DNA from: Malacoraja senta
Taxonomy: Eukaryota
Direction: 5' to 3'
Assembly: GCA_038087875.1 (NCBI GenBank)
Contig: CM075996.1
Location: 1,552,001 to 1,616,000 of the forward strand
DNA: 64,000 nucleotides
A program made the position numbers and the translations under genes. Shown here in pieces: positions 37,130 to 48,900 of this stretch. Under the pieces are notes generated by a model, which was not told where the DNA came from, did no database searches, and was given only the letters and a program-made list of their open reading frames with translations. Every line of letters begins with the position of its first letter. Positions within the stretch are counted from its first letter, which is position 1.

Positions 37130-38010
37130 ACCAGCCGATGCCACTTCCGGTGGCTAATCGATTATTCTCTCGATTTTCCGGTTTATTCAAAACGCCGCTC
37201 GCTGCAGCCAATCGGCAGCCGGGGTTGGGGGGGGGAGAGGCGGCACCGCGCGCTGCCATTGGCGGAGACGGCTGTGGATCACCCGGCCCTGAGGAGGCGG
37301 GACCGTCATCGGCGGCTCCGGTTGGTCGGATCCCCCGTCAATCACCCCGGCCCGGACCAATGAGGCGCCGGAGCCCGTGGGGGAGGGGGCGGGACTAGTA
37401 TCGATGAGGAGAAAATAAACGATTTCTGTGACGGGGGGGGGGGGGGGGGAATAATATTACAAATAAATAATTAAACTCCAGCCAAATGTCAACCCAGCCG
37501 CCTGGGATCCTCCCTCCTTTGGATTTATGAGGTAAAATAGCGGCCGATACCAATTTGAAGTTGTAATTCGATTATAATCGGGATTACTCGGCAATAATCG
37601 GCCCGTGTGTGCGTGCGTGTCGCGAGAGGGGAAATAAATAAAGCGATTAATCGACACTAATCGGGTCTGGCTGGTTTGTGTGGAGGCGCAGGGGCGGTTT
37701 CCTCGTCGATTAGTCGCGATTGTTTGCCGGCAAGTGGCACCGACTGCAGGGTCGGGACATAAGAGTCGGCGTGGGATTGTGAATCGCGGGGTTTAGGTGT
37801 GTTAACCCCCCCCCCCCCCCCCCCCCCCGCCTCGATTATTGGGGAATAATCGAAATAATCGATTGGATGGGGGGAGATGGGGGGGGGGGTAAGATGGTGG
37901 GGGAGGGGAGATGGGGGGGAGAGGGGGGAGAAGACGTGGGGTGAAATGGGGGGAAAGGGGGGGGGTGATGGGGGGGGCAACAAGGCAGATACTCGATTAT
38001 GAAGGTATTG
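37130..38010. promoter_or_regulatory. CpG island / probable promoter of the PR-ZBED gene
   Basis: Dense CpG in non-repeat sequence, with an ETS-type ACTTCCGG (~37144), several CCAAT/ATTGG boxes (~37208, 37258, 37357) and GC boxes (~37386, 37691). It lies about 2.3 kb upstream of the first coding exon. Confidence 0.7.
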
Positions 38011-38358
38011 CGTCTGAGGCCAAAAGGTGTGAAATCTGCCAATAAACGCAACGTTGAGCAAGTCATTTTCAATTAGGTTGAAGTTGTGCCCAAATTTGGT
38101 TGGAATTCAATCAATTGGCTGGTTTATGGTGCCAGTTATGGTTTTATTAAATGTGCCGTGAGTGAGATTTGAACTTGCCATCTGCCAACCCTTCACGCCT
38201 GTCTCACGCCTTCCGTGCAGGAAGGAACTACAAATAGACACAAAGTGCTGGAGTAACTCAGCGGGACAGGCAGCATCTCTGACCCTTCTTCGGACTGAGA
38301 GTCAGGGGGGGAGGGAGACGAGAGATATAGAGGGTGATGTGGAGAGATATAGAACAAA

Positions 38359-39807
38359 CTAGACCAGGTGCGGACCCGTTGGACCCGTCCCCCACGGCAA
38401 TATTCCACCACTCACCCATAGCCCCCAACCGCGCGGGCGCGGCTGAGGGGTTCCCGTTGTGACACCAGAGATTACCATTGAGTCACGGCAACCCTCCATC
38501 AACTGCGCCTCTTCCCATCCCTCTTCCTACCTCTATCCTCCTCCATTCCCCCTCATCCCCCAGCACTCCCTCCCCCTCCTCTTCACCCTCCCTCTTCTTT
38601 TCCCTCTCCTCCTCCCCTCCCCCACTCCCTCCCTCACCTCTACCTGCCTCTCCTTTCCCCTATTCTCAGTCACTCCGTCCCTCCCTCCATAACCCCTCTC
38701 CCTGCTCCCCACTCCTCACCTCTCCCCCATCCCACTCCCTCTCCTTACAACAATATAACAAATCTCTCATTGTACTGGGTGCTCTGTCATTTGGTAACAT
38801 TTTAACAGGTAGGACAAGTTTTAAAGTGAAAAGTTTGATTATTTTAAATGAAAAGCTTATTTTTTAAAGTTTAAAATGTGAATTAGAGATTAGAGAGATT
38901 CCTTTATTTGTCATTCAGACCTTTCGGTCTGAACGAAATTTTGTTGCCTGCAGTCATACATATAATAATAAATGACAAAACACACAATAAACACAAATTA
39001 ACATCCACCACAGTGAGTTCACCAGGCACCTCCTCACTGTGATGGAGGCAAAAGTCTTAAAGTCTCTGTCTCTTCCCGCTTTGTTCTCCCTCTGCGCTGA
39101 GGCGATCCAGGCTTCTGATGCTGTGGCCCCGCCGGGCGACGGTAAGCCAGTCCAGCGGCCGAATCCGTGCTCCGCGACGGGCCGGCTCAAACTCCGCGGC
39201 CCGGGGTGGTCGAAGCTGCCGAAGCTGCCGCCCTCCAGTCCAGCGGACGCAGCTGTAGTTGCGGGAGCCCCAGAAAAACAGGTCACCCACCTGTGACCTG
39301 CGCGCTCCCGACGATGTCGTCCACTGGGCCCGCGGCCGAGCCTCCGGATTCAGGTCGCCACCAGTGTCCTCGGTCGCCATCGCCGGAACGCCACCGCAGC
39401 CCGGTATTGTAAAATAAAACATCAATCTGAATTGAACGCTGCTGTGTTTTTTAAAACAGATTTTAAAAATGTAAATGAGATCCCATTGTGATGTCATGAG
39501 GGAGTGGAACACTGCTGACGGGCAGTTTATGTAAATGAGATCCCATTGTGACATCATAGCTGGTAACTGTCAGTGCAAGTTTAAGTGATTTTTGTCAAAC
39601 TGGATTTTGAAAAGTTTAAAATGTGAATAACTTGTAAAATATACCATCAATCTGAACGAAATTTGATACACCACACACCAGGACAACGGTGAGTAAGGTG
39701 GATCAAAAATTGTAGCGCTATCGTGTACCGTTTTGGCATAATTTCAGGATCACATGGGCACAGACAGAATCACAGAAATAGAAACAAACAAGATGAGAGT
39801 TTTAGTA

Positions 39808-39872
<65 letters not shown>
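38359..39872 (-). mobile_element. Non-autonomous Helitron-like insertion (contains a nested GC-rich retroposon-like repeat ~38884-39405)
   Basis: The minus strand begins TC(TATC)n and ends in a degenerate hairpin + CTAG, inserted between A and T with no TSD. Removing it rejoins a Penelope-type repeat matching the reverse complement of ~9540-9600. Confidence 0.7.
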
Positions 39873-39873
<1 letters not shown>

Positions 39874-40276
39874 TAATAAAATATGCAAAAGGGTAATGAT
39901 GATAAAGGAAACATGCCATTGGTAGCTGTGGGCTAGGTGAAAACGAGTTACAGACAATGAGACCTATTTGAGACGACTTTGAACCTGGACTAATGACTTG
40001 GGAGGGGAGGGATGGAGAGAGAGGGAATGCAAGGGTTACTAGAAGTTAGAAAAATCTATATTCATACCACTGGTGTATAAGCTGCCCAAGTGAAATATGA
40101 GGTGGTGTTCCTACAATTTGTGTTTACCTCACTCTGACAATGGAGGAGGCCCAGGACAGAAAGGTCCTGTGGGAATGGGAAGGGGAATTAAAGTGTTTGG
40201 CAACTGGGAGGTAGGTTTGCGTAATGGTCTGGGCTGTGTCCACAACTCTGCAATTGTTTATGTCTCTGTGTTTCAG

Positions 40277-40335
40277 CTGGCGGGAGATGCAGGTGGGTGA
40301 CGAGGCTTGCGCTCAGCTCGAGGATGAGCTGCTCT
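40277..40335 (+). CDS. First identified coding exon (ATG at 40287): MQVGDEACAQLEDELL-F
   Basis: Acceptor tgtctctgtgtttcag|, donor t|gtaagt at 40336. The phase-1 T joins TT of the next exon to give Phe, so EDELLF-CEEC parallels PRDM9 DDDYLY-CEMC. The frame is open to the exon start, so a further upstream coding exon cannot be excluded. Confidence 0.75.
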
Positions 40336-43300
40336 GTAAGTATGTGCAACGCTTGCTCCATATTCTGGGGCAACGACAGCAAACACTCAGCGGGTCAGGC
40401 AGCATCCGTGGAGAGAGATACAGAGTTAACATTGGAAAGAGAGGAAAGCAAGTTGTTTATGAGTTTCAGAGAAGGTGGGTGGAGGGATTGACGAGATAAA
40501 GGGAATATCTTTGGGTGGCACAGTGGTGCCGTGGGTAGAGCTGCTGCCTCGCAGCGCCAAAGACTCGGGTTCCATCCTGACCGTCTGTGTATAGTTTGCA
40601 CATTCTCCCTGTGACTGTGAGGATCTCCTTTGGGTGCTCCAATTTCCTCCCACATCCCAAAGTGCAGGTCTATTGGTTAAATGGCAAGCTTATCGGTTAT
40701 ATATATATAAGCAAGAATATATATATAAGCAAGAATTTCATTGTCCTATCAGGGACACATGACAATAAACTCACTTGAACTTGATATATACTGTATACAT
40801 ACATATACATATACATACACACACATATATACACACACGCACACATATATATATACACGCACATATACACACACACACACACACACATATATGTAGTGTG
40901 TTTATGTATTATATATAGATATAAACAAACAATAATAGTGCAAAGTCAAAAAATAGTAAGATTAAACGAGAACTTACCAGTTTGAAGTTTGATCTGTATT
41001 TTATGAGGAGTTACGATGAGGGATTACGTGAAGAACCCGTCCAGCACGCATGCGCGGCATACTTCAAAGCAGCGGTGTGGAATCACAGGAAACACAATAA
41101 TTGAAATAAACATAGTAAAGAAAAGGAGAACTAAGATACCAGTTGATCTCTATAATTGAGGGTGGGAGCGGAGGGCACGTAATCCCTCATCGTAACTCCT
41201 CATAAAATACAGATCCAAACTGGTAAGTTCTCGTTTAACCTTACTATTTTACTTCGGAGTCACGTGAGTGACTACGTGAAGATTTTAAAGCTCTGTGATT
41301 TCAAACCGTGTAACAGTTCATACTTCACTCGCTGCCGAAGTCATTCAAGGGAGGAAGTATGTTATCATGAATCTGTTTGTAAACAATAATGGTATTTATT
41401 AAACAATAACAAAAGAAAAATGCTCCCCCGGGCTTAAATTATATATTTGCAGATTCGAAAACTCTTTCTGCAAATAACACAGGTTCTGCTAGCGGCTTGT
41501 TGTAGAACGTTTGGAACGTTTTCTCCATGGACCACCCCGCTGTAGCCAGGATGTGGTCCAGTGGTACGTCCATCCTTTTAGCCGCCGATGTGGATGCTGC
41601 ACTGGTGGAGTGAGATGTATATACGTCAGTATCTACTCCACAGCTCCCAGTACCTGCTTGAGCCATTTTGAGATGGTTTGGCTCGACACCTGAGCATGAG
41701 GTTTCTTGTGGCTGACCCATAAAGCTTTTTCTCTCCCTCGGGAATCTCTTGTTGTGTTGATGTAAGTGAGTAGGTGAGTCATGACACACAACCGTGGGTC
41801 AGGTGGGTATGCCCGGAAATCCATAACTAGGCCTGAAATTCCTGGCCTGCTCTGCTTTACCAGCTCCTGAATGGTGAATGAGACCCGGTCTGGTGTTATA
41901 ACCATGTTGTCCAGTCGCAGTAATTGGAGGGACTGGACTCTTTGTGCTGAGACTAGTGCCATCAGCATGACCGTTTTCAGGGTTAGCTGTTCCAGGATGA
42001 GAGACCTGGCTGGTGACCATCCCCTTAGGTATGTCAGGACCACACTGACATCCCAGATTTGGGTTACCTAGGTCTAGGGGGGTTGGAGTTGAATATACCC
42101 CTCATGAGTTTGATCACCAGCAGGTGAGACCCTATGGCCTGTTGTCCTGGTACTTGTTTTAAGTAGGCTGACAGAGCACTTCTGGCAGTATTGATGGCAC
42201 TGTAGCTCAGTCCTTCATTATGGTGAAGGCCAGCCAGGAACTCCAGTACATTGGTTATGGTTGTAGATGAGTATGTTGTCCCAGTATTCGAGCAGTATCT
42301 TTCCCACTTCCTGATGCTCGATAGGTATTGTTTCCTGGTGGACATACGATGGGACGCTGTCATCGTGTTGATGGTCCTGTCAGACAATCCCAGGCCCAGC
42401 AGTGGTCTTTTCATAATCTGCAACCCAGTAGGTTAATTTTGTCATGGCATGGATGACTTATGCCTGATACCGGGTGAGTCAATAGGTCTGGGCTACTGGG
42501 AAAGGTCATAGGAGTTTCGATGACCATGTCGAGGACCACTGGGAACCATGGCTGTGTAGGCCAGTGGGGTACTATCAAAATACCTGAAGCAGAGTCCATC
42601 TGTATTTTGCGTAGTACCCTACTGATGAGGCAGAAGGGGGGAAAAGCATAAAAGAAATAGTTTCTCCAGTTCAGCGCGAATGCATCTATCGCTGCTGCCT
42701 CAGGGTCTGGTTCCCAGGCAACATACATTGGTACCTGGTGATTTAGTCTGGATGCAAAGAGATCGATATCTGGTGTGCCATATTGGTTTGTAATTTTAGC
42801 AAAAGCTCTAGGATGTAACCCATTCGGTGTTATCATTGAATTTGCGTGACCTGGTGTCTGCCACTGTATTTAGCTTACCTGGTAGGTAAGTTGTTGATAG
42901 CCAAATATGTCTATCGACACACCATTGCCAGATTTTGTTGACCAAATTGTCACATGATATCGATTTTATTCCGCCCATATGGTTAATATAGGCCACCACC
43001 GTGGTATTATCAATCTGTAAACGAACATGCAAATGGTGCATATTCGTAGAATATGCTTTTAAACCATAAAACGCACCCAACATTTCCAAATAATTTATGC
43101 CCAGTGTTTGTAGTAAAGATGATTCTAGGTTAGTCCATCTACCACCTGTGCAGGATATGTTATTAGTTGCTCCCCAGCCTTGAGCACTGGCATCTGTTTG
43201 TATAGTTAATGTTGGGTTATTGATGATGATAGGGCTGGAACTATGCCAAATGTGCTCTATCCACCACTGTAACTCTGATATAGCTTCAAGGGGTAATTTC

Positions 43301-45899
43301 ATGGTTCGGTCAAAGTGACCTGCATGTCGTTTTAACGCCTGTACTTTTGCCCTTTGTAGGTTTTGATAGTGCAGGGGTCCAAATTGTGTACCTGGAAATG
43401 CTGCTACCATTTTGCCAATTACTCTTGCCACTTGTCGGATGGTTGGTCGATTGCTAACCATTAAATTGTTACACGTCTGTGCCAATTCTGCTGCTTTACC
43501 TTTTGGCAACGTTACAGACATGTGGACTGAGTTAATTGTGAATCCCAGATAGTCCATAATTGTGGATGGCGTCAACTTAGATTTATCTGGATGTAAGACA
43601 AATCCCAGGGTTTCAAACAATTGTTTGGTAGCTAATGCAGCTGATTTAGGCAACTCCATGGTTTTGCCTACTATTAGATCATCAAGATATGCCATGACAA
43701 TATGTCTCTGTTTTCTTAATGTTGCCAAGGCTGGTTTTAATATCTTGGTAAATAGTCTTGGGGCTGATGTTAACCCATTTAGGCAGCGCTGTAAACTGCC
43801 ATAGTTGCCCCATCCAGGTAAATTTCAGGTATCTGCGATGATCCTTTTGAATGGGTACTGTATAGTAGGCATCTTTTAAATCAATGCTTGCCATAAAGAA
43901 TCCTTTGGAAATCAGTTGTTTGGCAGTTACAAATGTTTCCATTTTGAAATGTACATACTTAACAAAGGTATTTAGTGAGGTTAAGTCAATGATGATGCGA
44001 CATGCACCATCTTTTTTGTTTTTGGTAAATATATTTGAGACAAATTCCAAAGGTTCATGTTTGGATTTCTCAATGATACCCTTTGTAAGTAACCTCACCA
44101 GTTCTGCTTGACCCTCTAGTTTCTCTTTGACTGAGAGGGTAAAGACCCTTTGGGGTATATGCTGAACTGGTGGCATATTTTCTTGAATGAACTCTATTTT
44201 GTATCCACGAATACTGTTAAGTATATAACTATCATTCATGACAGACCTCCATGCTTCAATGAACAGGTGTGATCTCCCCCCTGTTAGTACAGTTCCCCCA
44301 CTTTTTATATGCTGGTAGGAACCAGACCCACCTACCTCCATAGTTATGGGAGTGTTCATTGCTTCTGTTTCTTCATCCGTCGTTGTACTGCTGGATGTAC
44401 TGCTGGTTGGGGGTGGCGCATTTTCCATGGGGTCCGCTCTGGGCCCTGGCCTAAAAAAGGCTTTTGGGGATGGTATGCGGACCCCGAGCTTTCACCAGTC
44501 CCATAAGTTTGACGTCGACTGGTGGACGCGGTGGGGTACTGCCGTCTGGGTTGTGTGGGTCTGCTCGTTCCGGGGCCTGCCCTCATGAGGCCGAATGCTT
44601 TGGACTCTTCCTCCAGGTCTTTCACTTGTTTTGTCAAGTCCTTTCCAAATAACAGGATCTGTGGCTCTGAGGCCGGTGTTTTACACAGTCCTGCATATTT
44701 GGGATTGAGGGCAGATCTTATTATCTCCTTGCGGAGGTTGTTTATCTCATATTGAGTGTTGCACAGCAGAGCCAGAGTGTCTTGCTGGTTGGTGGTCATA
44801 TCCACCCCATCCACGGAACGAGCATAGGATGTTATCCCTGTCGTCAGGAGCTTGAGGATACGCTGTAATTTTAGCTCCTGGTTCCGGATACTCTGTCCAA
44901 CATACCCCCAGATTTGGCTGTTAACGGCCGGTACGTTGAGTGAACTTCAGTTCTCCAGAGGCGAGTAGAGTTCTAGTGCCTCATTGACTATCTGTTCTTG
45001 TAGGGGTTTGACAGGTGGTTAATGCTGGCCGCCAGTTTTGGCTGCAACGGCCGCCCTGCTCGTGGTGTAGCCACGTAGCGATTCACCACACCCAGCAGCT
45101 CTTCCTGGTCCTGTACCCCAAGCGTACTCCCGATATCTTCGGCCAATGACCCCTGTTCCTGGCCAGCCCAGCCCTGGTCGCCAACGCTGCCCTCGGCTGA
45201 GGGGGAAGCGATGGCCAGTGCATTGTAAGGCACTGATGTGGGAGTGCCTGAATTCCCTTGGCGAGACTGCTCCAGCTCCCGAAGCAAGTCTTGCTGGAGC
45301 ATTTGCTCCATGAGCCTTTCCATGCGGCTCAGGTGGCTACCTCTGCCGCTCTCAGGCGGAGAGTCCTCCTCATCGGAGTTATCAGATATAACCGGCCGGT
45401 CAGTTTTTCGTCTTGATTTACCTCCAGCCCGCTGCTGTTGGTCAGGCTGAGCTAGCGGTACTGGGCTCGGCTCGGTCTCAATGATTGTGGACCGCAGCAT
45501 GTGCGGTCCAGGTGCCGCCTCTCGCCCCCCACTGATGGGACACTCCCGTTCTGTTGGAGTCAAACGGGGGGGGCGGTCTTTTTCCCTTGCCGTGCTTTGC
45601 TCATTTTTCCAGCTTCTTCAACCTGGAATTCACAAAGCAGAGCAAAGCTTCCTAAATACGACCTCAGAGTAAGTACTTACCTGATGGTCCGCTTTTTAAA
45701 ACTTGTAGCAGGAACGCCTGTACTCCCGTCCGTCGCTGTTGCACTGCGTGAACGCTAATGTCGCGCATGCGTGCTGGATGGGTTCTTCACGTAGTCACTC
45801 ACGTGACTCCGAAGTATAAACAAAAAATAATAGTGCAAAGTCATATACATATACATACACACACATATATACACACACGCACACACATATTAATACACG

Positions 45900-45970
<71 letters not shown>

Positions 45971-48900
45971 TGTGTTTATGTATTATATATAGATATAAAC
46001 AAACAATAATAGTGCAAAGTCAAAAAATAGTAAGATTAAACGAGAACTTACCAGTTTGAAGTTTGATGTGTTTTTTATGAGGAGTTACGATGAGGGATTA
46101 CGTGAAGAACCCGTCCAGCACGCATGCGCGACATAGTTCAGAGCTTATTTGGAGGTTGTAGTGTTTAATAGCCTGGTGGCCGCAGGGAAGAAGCTGCTCC
46201 TGAACCTGGATGATACAATTTTCAGACTCCTGTACCTTCTTCCCGATGGCAGGGGTGAAATGAGAGTGTGGCCAGAGTGGTGTGGGTCTCTGATGATGCT
46301 GGCTGCATGTTTCAGCTAATAGATTTTTCTGTAAATATTTGAATTTGTAGTTTTCTTCTCCATGTAATGTGAGCCTCTAATGGGCATCCACGCACGGCGT
46401 TAAATCTCCTTCGTCTGTTCCAGTTTGTGAAGAATGCCGGCTCTACTTCCGGGACTCGTGCCCACACCACGGAGCGCCCACGTTCGTGCCGGACAGGATG
46501 GTCCTGGAGCGCGAGCCGTCCCGAGCCCTGCGTACACTGCCCGAGGGGCTGGCAGTCAAGGAGCGACGGCAGGGCGGTCTCGGCGTCTGGTGCACGCTCA
46601 CTGTCGTCCCGCGTGGCTGCATTTTCGGCCCGTTCGATGGAGACGTCCTGACAGACAGGAACGACTGCACGGTGTACTCCTGGGCGGTAAGGACATCTTT
46701 ACCTCCTGAAGTCTTGCCTGGTGAACCTGACGCTGGGCCACAGTCCCATGTCTCAAGAGTCAAGATTGTTTAACCTGTTCAGTGCCATCCCCGAGTATAT
46801 TCGGGTCAATGCCAATAGTTTAAAAACAACTTGGCAGTGAACAGTGTAGGAAGGAACTGCGGATGCTGGTTTAAACTGAAGATAGACACAAAAAGAAGGA
46901 GTAACTCAGCAGGACAGGCAGCATCTCTGGAGAGAAGGAATGGGTGACGTTTTGGGTCGAGACCCTTTTTCAGTCTGAAGAAACGTCACCCATTCCTTCT
47001 CTCCAGAGATGCTGTCTGCCCTGCTGAGTTACTCCAGCTTTTTGTGTCTATCTTTGGCAGTGAACAGGGAAATTGTCATAGGTACCAGTGTTGGAACAAT
47101 GACATTGTTACTTGCTGTAGCTTCACGGGCCAGTAAATGCAAAAACAAACATAAATATACAGTGATCAATAATACAATAAATTATACTAGGTAATCATAA
47201 TAGTACTAAACCAGATTCTGTAGTATATCCACCACTGATTTTCTGGCAACTAGTAGGCTGGATCCCACTTTAATCTGGACAAATAGGCGAATTGACAGTT
47301 CAAATTTGCCCTCGACGGCCGGCGCTCTGGAACTTCAGCCCGGTCAGAGCCGGCAGATCCTTTGACACAGCCGACTTCTGATGCCGACTTGCAGGCTTGT
47401 ATCTCGGCCCCACCAAGGCTGTAATATCGGCGGTGAACCGGTCCAACCAAAGACACAGTCCATAGAAGATCACAGTTGCTGAGGTTAGTGTTGTGCAATG
47501 TTCAAGAGCCTGATGGTTGTTGGGAAGAAGCTGTTCTTGAACCTGGTGGTCACGGCTCTCAGGCTCCTGTGCCTTCTTCCCCATGGTAGCAGCCAGATGA
47601 GAGCATGGCCTGAGTGTATGAGAGGTGTGGGTCTCTGATGATGTTACCTGCCAACTCCAACCTTGTGAAAAGAGAATCGGAAATAGTTCCACCTGCGATC
47701 TTCTTCTCTTTCAGTTACGAGAAAATGGATCCTATTATTACATGGACGCTTCCGATGAGACAAAAGCCAACTGGATGAGGTATGGTGGGGGGGAGATGGA
47801 TTGGATGACACACAGTTAGTCTACAGCTTCAATCTATCTGCCTACATTCAATACAATATTTTGGTTGTGAATTACTACCTGCCAGTTTGTCAATGTCAAG
47901 TGTCGGACATCACTTGCCTGAAGTCTCCCTTGTGTCATCAATCCAATTCAGCCAAGGTGGACATTTCAGTCTGAGTTCTGAACTGTAGCCATTCATTTAC
48001 ACACATTTCACTGATCATTTATTTCCTGCTAAGAACTTCTCAGCCGCTCTAATGTTTGGGCACCCACACAGAGACTGATGGAACGATTTAAAGTTACAAT
48101 CGAAGATAGACACAAAGTGCTGGAGTAACTCAGCCGGGCAGGCAGCATCTCTGGAGAGAAGGAAATGGGTTTCTTCAGACTGAAGAAGGGTCTCGACCCA
48201 AAACGTCACCCATTCCTTCTCTCCAGAGATGCTGCCTGTCCCTCCAGCATTTTGTGTCTTTCTTCGATTTAAACCATCGTCTGTAGTTCCTTCCGACACG
48301 TTTTAAGGTTACAGTTGTACAAGAGGTTGGTGAGGTGGCGTTTGGAGTATTGTGTTCAGTTCTGGTCACCCTGCTATCGGAAGGATGTTGTTAAGCTGCA
48401 AAGATTGCAGAGAAGATTTACGAGGATTTTACCAGGACTCGAAGGCCTGAGATATATGGAGAGGTTAGACAGGCGTGGACTTTATTCCCTGCTGCACAAG
48501 AGGTTGAGAGATCTTATAGAGGTGTATAAAAACATCTAAATTGCCCCCAATGGAGTGGATGAGAAAGTGGCATAACATTAGAACTAGTGTGCATGGTGGT
48601 TGAAGGTGGGCATGGACTCGATGGGCCGAAGGACCTGTTTTCATGCTGTATCTTTTAATCAATCAAAAAAAAACAGTTTTAAGCTTTATAATGGAAAAAA
48701 AAAGAAAATGCTGGAAAGACTCAGCAGGTCAGGCAAGGTCGGTGGAGAGAGAAATTGTTCGTGTTCCAGGTCTGGGACATTTTTGCCTCTGTGTCTGTGC
48801 AATGGTTAGGGTGTGGGCCACATATAAAGAATGTGAAAGAATTAGCCAAAAATTGTCTTTGAGTTGGCAGTCCTGGGTTCACTTATGTAGGGTTGGCATG

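Larger units (their letters stand above)
40950..45815 (-). mobile_element. DIRS1-type tyrosine-recombinase retrotransposon, near full length, frameshifted
   Basis: Minus-strand order is gag-like, RT, RNase H, MT-like, YR. ITR 41025-41056 is inverted to 45762-45793 (1 mismatch). ICR 41176-41282 is complementary to both termini. Confidence 0.93.

Noticed and set aside
36402..37398. 200-310 aa Gly/Trp/Pro-rich ORFs
   Set aside because: Translations of the G-rich minisatellite.
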